From the NCBI GenBank assembly GCA_043228905.1, contig JBHGNT010000018.1, positions 7,564,001-7,628,000 of the forward strand: a stretch of DNA of 64,000 bases, given 5' to 3'. Below are positions 12,601 through 25,500 of this stretch, one piece after another (position 1 is the first letter of the stretch; each line of letters starts with the position of its first letter). The stretch is from Azolla caroliniana (taxonomy: Eukaryota > Plantae > Polypodiophyta). The notes under the pieces were generated by a model. It was not told the origin of the DNA and did no database searches. It was given only the letters and a program-made list of their open reading frames with translations. The position numbers were made by a program, and so were the translations under genes.

Positions 12601-15045
12601 GCAAGGCCGACATGTTTGAGGCGGTAGCCACGAGGAAGGACATTGAGTCGGAGATGGCTATGGACAAGTCCATGGCGGATGGCCGTGTTGAGACTTTCCC
12701 AACACTTGATCTAGAGACTTGGGCAGTTGCGTCCGAGAGCCAACATGAGACCCCAGAGACAGAGAGTGGTGGGGAAGCAAAGATTGAATCCAATGTGAAT
12801 AACAACATTGAGGGAAAGATGGCTATGGATCAGTCGACGGTGACCAAGGTTCTCCCCACAATTGTTCCTGAGACTTCGGTAGTTGTGCATAAGTGCCAAC
12901 GTGAGTCTGGGGAGACGGAAGGTGGCGGCAAGAAATCGAAGGACCTAAATGGCGATGAGGACGAGGAGGAGGATGACCACAGACGAAGGGATCCCTCCAC
13001 ACCGGTTCCGGAAACTTTGGCAGTTGTGGACGAGAGCCAACATAAGACCGGAGAGATGGAAGGTGGCGAGGAGGAGATGAGGGTCGATGCCAGCACATAT
13101 GGAGGAACGGTGGCCAACAAAGCCAAGAACAAAGTTACAATAGAGTTCGATGAAGAGCCAGAGAGCGTCAAGAAAGGAAGAATGGGAAGAGAATCTGGAT
13201 GGAAGATGATGGAGTTGGTATTCTAACCGGAACGCAAGTTGACCCGGACAAGAGCTTATCAAATGGGCCCAACCCAAACGAAACCCAATACAGCCAAACC
13301 CGATTGGTTAGACCAAATCCAGAAAGGAGTAGACTCGCTTGAAGCCGATTGTCTGAGTCCAATTTGTCCGAATGCGAATCTGAATGAAGGACGACCAAGC
13401 CAGAAATTGATTGGTCAACACCGATCCAAACAGACGCTGAGCCGGCTTAGCCGGAGGTTGAAGCAGGCGAGCCGCGACACCCGGTCAAGGCTGATGAGCA
13501 TGAGGAAAGGCAAGCATGAGACGAGAAAGGATGATCAGAGGAAGTTTGATGACCAAGGAGATGGTCAAGGCGAAGGCGGCAAATGTATGATGCATGAAGG
13601 GTTACGCTCAGGAGGAGCAAAATGGGCTATGACAAGTGGTCATGGCAATACGAAGGGTGAGTGAATGATATGGTTGATCGGGTGCAAGGAATGCATGTGC
13701 TCAAAATAGAGGACAAAGGATGACGCGGGCGAGGCATAAGGATGAAATCAAACACCAACCACCTTTGACTTCGCCACATCACTCTTTTCTTCTTCGCACA
13801 TGTCGGAGGATGTGCGGTTTGGTGGTGTGGATGTCGTGATGTTGCGTGTCTAATGGGAGAAATTGTGAAATAGTGTGGTTCCACGCACATTACACAAACG
13901 ATTATAAATATGAAAATTAGCCTCGGGTCTAGTGGCATTCGAGTGCATATAGAGGGGTGCAAGAAAAATTTGAACATTGCACCTCCAAGATAGAAGACAT
14001 TTATCTTACCACTAAGGCTACTACGAAGTACTTTAAAAGTTATGGATTTCTTTTCATAATCAAAAGGCATAGGAAACAACCGTACAAACCCGTGTGCACA
14101 AAACCATGGTTCCAAGCCCATGGTTTTTGTACATGTTAGAAGCATGGTTAGACCTATAAAAAACCCTTGTAAGTCTTGTGTAAGGGGGGGCTCAATACAT
14201 GATATCATCATCATCACCATCAATATAATATTATTCTTGTTTATCTTCTTCTCGAGTGTACAAATTTCCGATCTTCTCAAATGTAACATTGTTTCCTCAA
14301 ATCTTACATTCACATCTTCCTCTTCTCAATAACTTGACAGACATCCTCCCTGGTCCGAGACCCCGATGGTCCCGTTCAAGCGAAGCACGCACGCACGCGC
14401 ATCTTCGCGACAATGCGAACGGAGGGCACATGGAAATTGAGTTGCTAGCCTTAAACATGGCACTGGTCGAAGTCCACCAAGAATTGGTTCGGTTGCGGCT
14501 CAAAGCACCTACAAGAACAAACAAGCACAATGCACAAAAAAAAAAAGACAAAGTGGTAACTGGAGGAGATGCGGAATTTCGTCACCAAATTAGAATTGTA
14601 GCAATAGGAAACCCAATTGGCATCCAACGCGGAAGGCTCCTCCACAAACGAAATCCAATCACTACGGGAGGAGCTCGAAGCAACACAGGAAATGGCGGCA
14701 AAGCCGAAGAAAGCAGCAGCAATGGCCGAAACAAAGTTCAAGCAGCTCCGGTTCGAGCTTCGCCAATCATCGAACCAAGAAATGGGCGTTCGGGCTACAG
14801 CCCAGAAACTGGTGAAGGCTCTCGAGGACAAGTAGGAAGCGATAATTATCGTGCACAACCAAACTTTCGCTGCCCTCGACGAACAAAAAGAGGCCACCGT
14901 ACAGGCTGAATAGACGCTCGAAAATAAGAGGGAGGCGAACGCAAAGCAGGAGTGGTACGAAGAACAGATGGTGTCCAAGAGAAGAAATATAATCGCACAT
15001 GCGGCAAGAAATGGTTCGTGTGGAGGAGATGCATGCCAAGGAATT
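9680..15045 (+). pseudogene. Decayed retroelement-associated accessory ORF (coiled-coil C-terminal part), split by the 10831-14412 insertion
   Basis: Fragmented frames (TITNAMIKKKLGLSPL..., SNWGFITSVALRTGL..., EIQSLREELEATQEMA...) continue across the insertion. No domain recognised with confidence. Confidence 0.4.
10831..14412 (+). mobile_element. Older gag-only non-autonomous LTR element (TR-GAG-like), tRNA-Trp PBS
   Basis: LTRs 10831-11455 and 13832-14412 (TGTCG...CGACA). PBS TGGTGAACTCGATGCGAA at 11461-11478 (decayed Trp PBS). Frameshifted gag plus acidic tail, homologous to ORF 61000-63042. Confidence 0.88.
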
Positions 15046-15148
15046 TGTAAAGAATCGATGGTGATTCTTATGTAGCGGAATAGACTAGAGATACGTGTTG
15101 TGAGTGTGTGTGTGTATGAGAGAATTAGAATTTTTATCATCCATAAAT

Positions 15149-15185
<37 letters not shown>

Positions 15186-18100
15186 AGATAGATAGATTTG
15201 AACAACAATAGAATACTCAAGACGATGTATATTACAAAAGAGATTAACCAAACTAATTACAAAGTAGGAGGAGAGTGCTTTATATAGTCACTCTCTCTCT
15301 TCATTAACTATCGAAGCTCATGGGTCATGGGGAATGTGAAAACTCATTAGTTATGTGTCATAGAATATGATTCTATGACACATAGTTAATGTGTAGATAA
15401 GAGTGGTGACTTTTGACCTTTGAGTGCACACTCTCAAGGGTGTGTTCACACACTAGGTTGAGCTCGATTCTCAACAGAATTAAACATCTTACAGATAAAC
15501 ATCTAGGTTGAGCTTGGCAAGTCAGGGACCGTCAATCCAAGGTCTGACAAGAATTGCCGAAGCTTGTCGGCTCCTAGGGTTTTGGTGAAGATGTCATTTG
15601 TTTGAAGATTCATAGTGATATGGTGAAGGTCGACATCGCCAGCCTGAACGCGCTCTCAAATGAAGTGATATTGCACTTCGATATGCTTCGTGCGTGCATG
15701 GAACACCGGATTCCGAGCCATATAAATATTGCTCATGTTGTCACAGTAAAGGGGAATCATATCTTTGATGGGAACGCCCAGATCCTTCAATATCCTCTTA
15801 AGCCATACAGCTTCACATGCGGCCACCGCCACGCCCCTGTATTTGGCCTCTGTGCTCGAAAGAGTGACGGTTGGTTGCTTCTTTCTACTCCAAGAGATGG
15901 CTCCACTTCCGAGGGAGAAGACGAAACCAAAGGTTGATCGTCGGTCGGCTTTGTAGCCTACCCAGTCGGCATGTGTGTACCCCTCGAGTTGAATTGGCGT
16001 GACCGACTTATAGAGAATGCCATAGTCCATCGTTCCGCTCACGTATCATAGCACTCTCTTAGCACAATCCAAATGGATATCTCGTGGCGTTTGCATGAAT
16101 TGGCTAAGAAGGCCGACCGGATAGCTCAAGTCTAGTCGAGTGATCGTGAGGTAGATAAGACTACCGATCAGTTGTCGATACTCAGTCGGCTCACACTCTG
16201 TGGTGCCAGAATTGGCATCTAGTTTGAGGTTTTGGTCGAGAGGTGTTGCCACAGACTTACACTCAGTCATCCCAAACTTGTATAGAAAGTTGAGAATGTA
16301 GTACCATTGGGAGATCATAATCCCGGCTGGAGTCCGAATTACCTTAATGCCAAGGAAGTAGTGGAGCTCTTTCATGTACGTCATCTCAAATTTGTTGGAA
16401 AGGAGGGATTTGACCTTGTTGATGTCGACTAGATGCTCACCTCCAATGACCAGATTATCCACGTACAAGATGATGACAATCGGACTTTCGGAATCGCTTC
16501 TTACATAGAGGGAATTGTTGGATTTTGACATTTGGAAGCCGATTCGATGAAGATATTGTGTTATCTCGAGTGCCAAGCACGTGGTGCTTGCTTAAGGCCG
16601 TTGAGAGGCTTTTTGAGTCGGCAGATGGCTTTCGGATGAATGTTGGATTCGAAGCCAGGTGGTTGTATCATGTACACCTCCTCTTCTAATTTGCCTTGAA
16701 GAAAGGTGTTCTTGACGTCCATTTGGTGGACGTGCCACCCTTTCGCCATTGCAAGTGCGATCTCGATCTGCACAGTCGTTATCTTTGCCACCGGGGGAAA
16801 GGTCTCATCATAATCGACTCCATGTGTTTGTGCGTAGCCCTTTTGCTACAAGTTGAGCTTTGTAGCGGTTGACGGAACCATCGACATTATACTTCACTTT
16901 GTATATCCATCTGCAACCGATTGCCTTCTTTTGGTGTGAGTGTGGGACAAGATCCCATGTCTCGTTCTTGTTGAGAGCTTGTATCTCCTCGTTCATCGCT
17001 TCGACCCATCACGGATCTTTAGCGGCTTCGGTAAAGCTCTCCGGTTCTTGAACTGTTGCCACCTTCACAATAGAGGCATGGTATGCCATATAATAGTTGT
17101 AGCCGAATCGGCTAACAGGATTCTTCTCACGGGTGGAGCGACGAAGGTTTTCGTTTGTTGATGTATGTGCCTTCTTAACTCTGGGTGACCTCAAAAGAGG
17201 CATATCAAAGCCATCGAACTCACTATCGAGTGAGTGAGTTGATTCGTTGTCATCGTCTTCATATTCCAGCATTTTGGCTTTCCCTTTGTCCATCTTTGGA
17301 CTTGGTCGAGATGTGGTTTGATTGCTTGGAGGTTCTTGCGGTCCGCTCAATCTGGTTGAGATAGGACTCTCCTCGGGTATTGACCTTAGTTGATCATCGT
17401 CTATGTTGTCGAGGTCCGTTTCTTTCGTTCGGCCACTCCGTTTTGTTGCGGTGTGTGTCGGCAAGTGAATTCTCGCCGAATTCCTTCTTTCTGAAGATAT
17501 GTTGTGAAAGCATCAGAGAAGTATTCCTTTCCTCCGTCTGACCAAAGACATCGTACATGACGCCTAGTTGTCTTTTCGACTTTGCTTTTGAATTTTTGGA
17601 AGTGTGTAAACACTTCTCTCTTCATCCTCATGGGAAAGATCAATATGTATCTAGAGAAGTCGTCGATGAAGGTAACATAGTGCCGACATCCTCCGAACGC
17701 AGTCGTCTGTGCCGGTCCCCACACATCCAAGTGGACTACGTCCAATAGGCCTTTGCTCACGTTCCTCTCCTTCGGGAACGGGTGCCAATGTTGCTTGCTA
17801 AATTGGCATTCTTCACATACTCCTTCAATCTCTTTCTCTTTGAAGGTTGGGAGCCCAATGACGACTCCTTTCGATTGCATCGCCTTGAGTTTGTTGAGAT
17901 TGATATGGCCGATTCTTTATGCCATAGCTCTATGTCGGTATCGGATTTGAGGCCCTTTGCATACATGGCCGATTTCACCTCGTTTGACTCGAGGATAAAC
18001 ATTCTACCTTCCCTTCGGCCCCGAGCGATGAGTCGGCCTTCCTTCTCGATGAAGCAACCACCTTGGTTGAATCGAACTTGCATCCCTTGCTCCACTATTT

Positions 18101-19855
18101 GGTCGATCGAGACCAAATTCTTCATTATGGTGGGTACATGTAATATATTTTTGATGCAAGTTTTTTCGTCGTCTTCCCCGAATGGGACATTGCCAATATG
18201 TCGAATAGGATGAGTGGTGTCATCTCCGGTCTCGACATAAACGGGTTGATCCGGCTCTCGTAAGTCTTGGAACCATTCTTGACAAGACGTCATATGGTTC
18301 AAAGCACCAGAGTCGACGAACCATACATCTTCCGCATTGGAGGCATTAGTCGAAGTAGAGGCCGACATAGAATTTGCCCTATGTCTCATCACGAACATTC
18401 CGCCAAGGTCTTCATAATCGGAGTTATTGGCATAATTTTTGAGTTGTCGGTTTGTGGAAGCCGACTCACGCTTCTTCTTCCGGCATTCTTCTTCATGATG
18501 GTCGATTTTTCCGCAATATCCGCATTCGATCGAGTTTTGTCGACTCAACCAAAATGGAAGCTCCCCCTTCTTTCGAAGGTTACTCGATGGCTTCCGTCTT
18601 GTTGCCGAAATTGGGAGTTGTTGTCGTAAGTCAGACCTCGTTCGCCACCTCATCGTTGGCCAAATCGGCCTCTTGCTCGGTTGCGTCCTCTTCCTCCATT
18701 CGAATGCATGTAGAGCATGTGGCCTTCCGAGGCGTTGCTCCTTGTTCGAACATGATTCTCTTCAACCAATAACATAGATTGAAGATCGAAGAAGGAGGGT
18801 GGATTCTCCCGTGCTAGTACGGCGGTCCGCATCACGCCGAATCGTGGTGCAAGGCCGTCGAGGGATATTTGCACAATTTTGTAATCCTCCACATTGACGC
18901 TTATTGAGCCAAGTGCATCACAAAGTTCCTTGATCTTCAAGGTGTAGCTTGTGATGGACATATCCCTTTGTTGGATGTTGTTCAACTCTTGGCGGAGTTG
19001 AAGCTTCCTCGCGGTCGTGTTGGCGGCGAAAATCTTTTGTAGATTTTCTCACGCTTCCTTCGGCGTCTCGGCTTCTCGAATATAACTGAGCATGTGGTCG
19101 TGAACACATGTCGCCAAGCAATACATTACTCGACTCGCCGCTTGCTCCCATGTTGCATAATCGGCGTCTTTCAGGTCGGGCCGGTTTTCTTGTGTTCCTT
19201 TGATGTAGCTCCAATAGCCTTGACCGACAAGGTATTGATGCATCTTGTACTCCCAAGATGCGAAGTTGTTTCGGTCCAACTTCTCGCTAGGGAGAGCACT
19301 CCCCATTTGAGTATTCATGGTGTTCAATGTAGATTTCTTCCTTCTTCTTCTCTCTTGAATACGAGCTATGTAGTCGCACTACGATAGCGATGAGCCGGTT
19401 CTTCTTGAACGTCGGCGTAGAGCTCAACACACGTAGATGGGCGAGATCAAGCTACCAAACCACTCTGATACCATGTAAAGAATCGATGGTGATTCTTGTG
19501 CAGCAGAATAGACTAGAGATATGTGTTGTGAGTGTGTGTGTATGAGAGAGAGAGAGAGAGAGAGAAGATAGATAGATTTGAACAACAATAGAATACTCAA
19601 GACGATGTATATTACAAAGGAGATTAACCAAACTAATTACAAAGTAGGAGGAGAGTGCTTTATATAGTCACTCTCTCTCTTCATTAACTACCGAAGCTCA
19701 TGGGTCATGGGGAATGTGGAAACTCATTAGTTATGTGTCATAGAATATGATTCTATGACACATAGTAATGTGTAGTTAAGAGTGGTGACTTTTGACCTTT
19801 GAGTGCACACTCTCAAGCGTGTGTTCACACACTAGGTTGAGCTTGATTCTCAACA
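15046..19855 (-). mobile_element. Near full-length degenerate Ty1/copia, TSD GAATT
   Basis: LTRs 15046-15476 and 19474-19855 (TGTAAAG...CTCAACA). PBS TGGTATCAGAG at 19463-19473 (minus). TSD GAATT at 15041-15045 and 19856-19860. Gag, CGYCGKIDHHEEEC, WFVDSGA, integrase (FIDDFSR, SDGGKEY), RT and RNase H in copia order, with stops and frameshifts. Confidence 0.95.
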
Positions 19856-20029
19856 GAATTAAACATCTTGCAGATAAACATGGGTCTCATTCAAGACTAG
19901 TACGCATTACAATCAGGACACGCTGCAAGTAGAATTATGCAACTCGAGGCGACCATCGAGCAAATGCAGACAAAGAATGAGATGTTGGCGGAGAGGATAC
20001 GGATGATGCTCGCGAATCGGAAGGAGTCT

Positions 20030-20260
20030 GTCCATAGGTAGGATTTTCATGAGCATGCCAAATCCATTATCATCACTATGGATCTTCACAAGGGTAAACT
20101 CTGCCTCATTCACTTTCTCTCGTAACCAGTGATACCTTCTTTGTGTATGTTTGGTCCAGGAGTGGTACGCAACATACTTGGCTAGATGTACGGCACTCTG
20201 ATTATCATAGTGGAGTACGAAATTTTTTGGTTTCATTCCTAATTGACTGAGGAAATTCGC
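20030..20260 (-). mobile_element. Ty1/copia RNase H relic
   Basis: LHYDNQSAVHLAKYVAYHSWTKHTQRRYHWLRE matches the copia RNase H C-terminal motif. Confidence 0.8.
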
Positions 20261-20578
20261 AAATTCGCATACGTCCAATTTGGTGGACGTATGCGAACGT
20301 TTGCATATGTTCATGTATGATACGCGACATTCGTTTGGATTAATTTTTTTCTTTTGGTTCATTTTTTGGTTCATTTTTTGGGGGTTTTTTTCTTATATTC
20401 ATCACTAACCGAAGTCTGAGGAGTGAAGAGTGAGAAACACAATTCTTCTCTCTGTCTCTATATGCTTTTTGTGTAATATGTCTCTTCTCTCCGTTCTATG
20501 TGTGTAATGGATAGATGAGGAGCTCCTCTCTGAACGATGCACTCAAAGAAAGTAGTCAGATAGCTAGCAAATCCTCTC

Positions 20579-20616
<38 letters not shown>

Positions 20617-20623
20617 AGTGCAG

Positions 20624-20881
20624 GAGTATATATTAAGTTTGCAGAAGGTGAAGCCTCACAATGCATGAGTGGCTTTATTGGTTTGGATATACATGGTAGA
20701 CCCTTGTGGTATGTGGTGATTTAAAAGAGGCTATATTTTTTCTTTTGTGGATGATTTGGTGCCTTAATCAATGGATTCATTCTTTCGACTCTAGGATCTT
20801 AGGAGATGTGTTCATGGGAGTGTACCATACAATGTGTTTGATTATGGAAAGACTCGCATAGGCTTTGCCAAAGCTGAATGA
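20624..20881 (+). pseudogene. Last two exons of a phytepsin / A1 aspartic proteinase, frameshifted
   Basis: Exon ~20624-20708 encodes YIKFAEGEASQCMSGFIGLDIHGRPLW. A GT-AG intron follows. Exon 20795-20881 encodes ILGDVFMGVYHT/VFDYGKTRIGFAKAE* with a 2-nt frameshift. This is the typical plant aspartic protease C-terminus. Confidence 0.85.
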
Positions 20882-20950
20882 TTTTCAATCATCCCTATAT
20901 GCAGATGATTGTTATGGTACATAACAATCATCTACATACTTCCCACTACA

Positions 20951-20954
<4 letters not shown>

Positions 20955-21012
<58 letters not shown>
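20955..21012. repeat. (CT)n microsatellite
   Basis: Long perfect TC run; another lies at ~20575-20612. Confidence 0.95.
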
Positions 21013-21015
<3 letters not shown>

Positions 21016-21144
21016 GACACACAATATGTATGTATGTATCCTGTATGGATTTCAATCATACTTGGAGCCATTTCACGTATGAGTATGATTCAAATATTCA
21101 CGTATGACTATGACACGAATGGGAAGTATGGTTGGAACTATGCA

Positions 21145-21400
21145 TAGAATACGTGTAGAATAGTTCAAATTATTCTAAAACATATTCTAAATGTAGAATA
21201 CACATTTTTTAACAACTATGGTTAGTGTTGAAAAATGGCAAATCTAAAACGTAGAATACGTGTAGAATACTTCAGATTAATCTAAAACATATTCTAAATG
21301 TAGAATACACGTCCTAAAATCAACTATGGTTAGTGTCCTAAAGAAGGTTAATGGCCTTACAACTATGGTTAATGTCCTAAAGAAGATTAATGGCCTTACG
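21145..21400. repeat. Local tandem duplications (~107-bp unit x2 and ~39-bp unit x2)
   Basis: TAGAATACGTGTAGAATA...CATATTCTAAATGTAGAATACAC occurs twice; AACTATGGTTARTGTCCTAAAGAAGRTTAATGGCCTTAC occurs twice. Confidence 0.8.
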
Positions 21401-22530
21401 AATAATAAAATCAACATTTCATATGCCAAAAGGTTATACCTTTATTTGTGAAAAGTTGTAAAGATCGTTATTGTTGCGTGACCCAATTCTTGATTTAAAT
21501 GGTGGATCTCAAGAACTTGATTGGGTATAAATAGGAGATTGACTATTATATCAAAAAATAATGTTAATTGTAAGGTACTTGAAAAACATAAGTGGAAGAA
21601 AGGGACATAACGGTATGGGATTTTTGTAAACCCATTACTTGGTGATTTCATGTGATCACAATAGCTTGGTGTTCTCGATAGCTAAGGTATTCATTTTTAG
21701 AGTTATGGTTGATATTGGGGGATTTAATAAACAAAAGAAAGATTATTGGTGGAATGTGATTCGTTTGTTTATTGGAATTTGAACACAATAGGCATTGATT
21801 TCTTTTATCCTAGATGGCTACAATGGTTTGAAGGTGTATCAATTTAGTATGGATGTCTTTGAATGGAGTAAGACTACTCAATTGTGTTTTTACACATCTA
21901 GAGAACAATGGATTGAGGCCTCATTTCCAAGTTACTTTTGAGTTCTCGAGGTATCGTGGGCTATAGTTCCATTGGAATTAAGTGGATTGTCTTCAAGAAG
22001 TTAAAATGACTTCTTTTGTGGCATTTGACAATGTTAGAGAAATCACGAAATCTCAACCATGAAGACAGCCAATAGTGCAAGGTGACATATCATATTCGTC
22101 ATCTAAATTGGTGTATATTGTGTGGGATTGAGTCATAATATTTAGAGCTCTAAAGTTTATATTAAGTTAGTCATGGTAGTGTTTTTCATAACCAAAGGCA
22201 CTATTTACGGAAAAAAGAAGAAGAAGAAGAAATCATCAATTTGAACTAATGTAATGTTTTCCTTAAAAAACATTATATTTCGAATAAGTGGCCAAAATGT
22301 TATTAATCTTTCCAAAGTGATATGTTTATACTTTGCTTTAAAAATGCATTGATGGCTTTGTGTACAATAATGAGCATAATTTATTTTCTAGTAACGAATA
22401 TTATTATTTAAATACAATACAAGTAAACACTAGTTAATTTAGATATGTTTAATTAGAATAGGTAGGTTTGACTACCTTCATCATCTTCATTATTTTCTTC
22501 ATCCTCCATTTCTTCCTATTCAAAGCTTCA

Positions 22531-25500
22531 ATGGCTATGGTTCTTATTCGCCTCTGCAATCGATCACATTATAATCACATTAAAGTTTTCAGACAATATT
22601 TTGTAAGAATCTTATTAATTCTCCCCCTTCCAAGACTTAAATCTATATATATTTAAATATCTCACATTTTTATTTCTACCTTTTCCTATACACAGTCTCT
22701 TGTTGCTCTTCCTAATAATGGGGCTCATTTACAATACCCCAAGCAAAAGCTTCATATCACAGTAAGTCTACTTTTAATAATTGGTCTATATAGAGCGCAA
22801 AGATCCAATATATATCATATCACTTGATGAAGGTTAGTAAATATAGTAGAAAAATATGTTCATACTGAAACCAAGGTTTAGATATTAGATACAACATAGG
22901 ATGAAGATTCCATGGAATAAAGAGCCAAAAGCCTCTAGTAGAAATAAGTGCATATCAAATATTGAAATAATGTTTCTAGCTCCTAATTGCCATGAATATT
23001 TTGTTTGGGGCTCCTATTATCATTGTTTTGCTATTTTGTGTTTTATCTTGCTTTCTAACTTGAATTCTTCATAATGACAACATATTCATCTGCCCTAAGG
23101 TTCCTAGAATGGATTGTTGAGTATTTATCATGGGCTACAATTACCCCCTTAACCTTATAAACATGTATATACTTTAAGTCTTTAAGTCTTATTGTGTTGT
23201 ATGTATTTCAACAATTGTCCTATAGCATGTGGAAAACCTTATTACACATTCGCATTGTTGAAACTCCATGAATGAGTTCATATTAAGCAAATCAAACTTA
23301 CAAGAACCATCAAAGATTTATTGAATGCATTTACTTGATAGTCACTTCTAGCCCTTGTCTATTATTAGTAGTTTGAAATGACATATAATCTAGCCTTGGC
23401 ATTGAGCTTTCTAATTTTTATCCTAAAATTATATACAATTTTTCTAATTAAGATTGTAGGTATATGTGATTTGTGTCATGATATAGGGGTTCCATGTTTG
23501 TTCATCAGTTTAGCAACATTGACTTATCCAATTTTCTATTAAATAACAAATTTTCAACTAGGTCAAATTTTTAGTTATAGTTAATTTGGTACCTATATAT
23601 GATGCTTAAACTGTTACATTAGTTGGCATGCTTGCCCTCTTAGTAGACTTTAAACGAATAATATGTAAAAACTCATGGTTGGACAATTCATTAGACACTT
23701 AAATAGAATTATCTTTTATTTAGATAGATCTAAGGTTTGGTAGTATTGCACTCATGTATGCTATCTTCTTCCTTTTTGCTTCTCATGTCCATGATGATTA
23801 ACTATGGTGTGTGACCTACTTATCTTGCACATCACCAGACTCACTACACAAGCTTGTCGATATGGTGGGTGTAGTATGGATACATTCATGCCTACATCTA
23901 ATTGATATGTGAATCTTGAACATGTTGACTCATAATGCTTGTGGAATTTTAACATAAAAATAGTGTTATGTTCATTTGGTTATTTTCAATTAATCGCGAT
24001 TTGCATTTCCTTTGCAGTGGCCCAAGCAACTAAATACTTCACTAGAAGAATTTGATCCTGAAATTGCAAATGAGATTGAGCTCGAAAAGAATCGGCAATG
24101 GAAGGTTTTTCATTTTTCGTTTACGAACTTGCACATTAGGGTGGGATTTGGGACTTGAAAAGAAAATATTAGAATGGGTAATGCACTCACTAAACAAAGC
24201 ATCACACGCTAGGTACAAGTGAATGATGACGACAAAAAAACCCACAGTTTGTTAGGTTTTTGTAACAAACCTTATGTTATGTATGTACCCTTCCCAATGT
24301 TTTTCTTTGAGTTTGTAGAAAAATAAAATATTCATGAGAGTGACCTAACCGTTACGAGAAACCATGAAATTTGAAAATGTTATGATAAATTTGTGTCTCT
24401 GTGTTTGTGTTTGCGCAAGTAAAGAAATAAAATTTCTTTTACTTCAAAGAATTCAAATACTTGAGATGGAGAAATATGTCATCTATAATATGTAATAATG
24501 TAACTCGTAAACTAGCAAGTTGTAGAACCTTGTGTTCAAGTTCAACAAAATCACGAGAATGTAAACAAGACATATCTTGTCTAATTATAGCATGGTAGTG
24601 GTTGGATATATTAACCGCAATAGTTCTTGATATTTTCATTTTATCCAAGCTCACACATAAAAGCAATTTACCTATAGATTATGGCTCTATGAAATATAGA
24701 GGGCAATCTATTATTAGAGGTATAATCCTAGGGGCCTCTATGGGCCACAAACATGGTTTATAGAAATTCTAACCAAAATGTAATTTGCATCAAATCTGGG
24801 TTACCTTATTGTAGCTGATCCCTCAGGCATCCATTCTCATATTTTTTCACTTTTGACTTAAGCAATGCCCATTAAAACATTTGGAAAGAGTCTCTCAAGG
24901 TATTTTTGATGCTATTTTGAAGAAAAAATTGTTTGAGCTAGCCTTGATGTCCCAATTCTTGTGAATGATAGATAAAATGATAGAGCACTGATAAAATTTG
25001 CTTAAACATTCTGTCGCCCACTCATGAAAATACTATATTGATGATATGGCCCAAATTTGAGACCAAACTTGGCATTAGGACATCAATTCCTTTTGGAACT
25101 ATCTACTATTTCATAATCAATATGAACAAATTATGTTAATGCATTAACAAGCGGCATATAGACACAATGGAGGGAATCACTAATATCTCCACCTATAGTC
25201 CTTCCTCTTTCGATTCTTCAAATTTCTCTACGTAATGTTAAATCATTCCACATAATGGCCTTGCTTTTTTCAGCATGTCCTCCCTCATCCTATTAGCTTT
25301 TTGCATTTTAAGGATAATCTACCTCTTCCCCTTCTAGAACCATGACAATAGTAGAGATTCTATGGTTTCCTATGTGTAAGATCTGGATCATAAGGTTATA
25401 ATATCATACATCTTTGTGTGGTGGGAGTACAATCAAAATCATAAGTTAACTCGTTAGATATTTTCCTATAATATGATACTTGCAATATTTTGGGCAGGGT

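Noticed and set aside
10827-14416. TSD for the 10831-14412 element
   Set aside because: Flanks ACAT and ATGC do not match; CpG decay of a 4-bp site is possible but cannot be shown.
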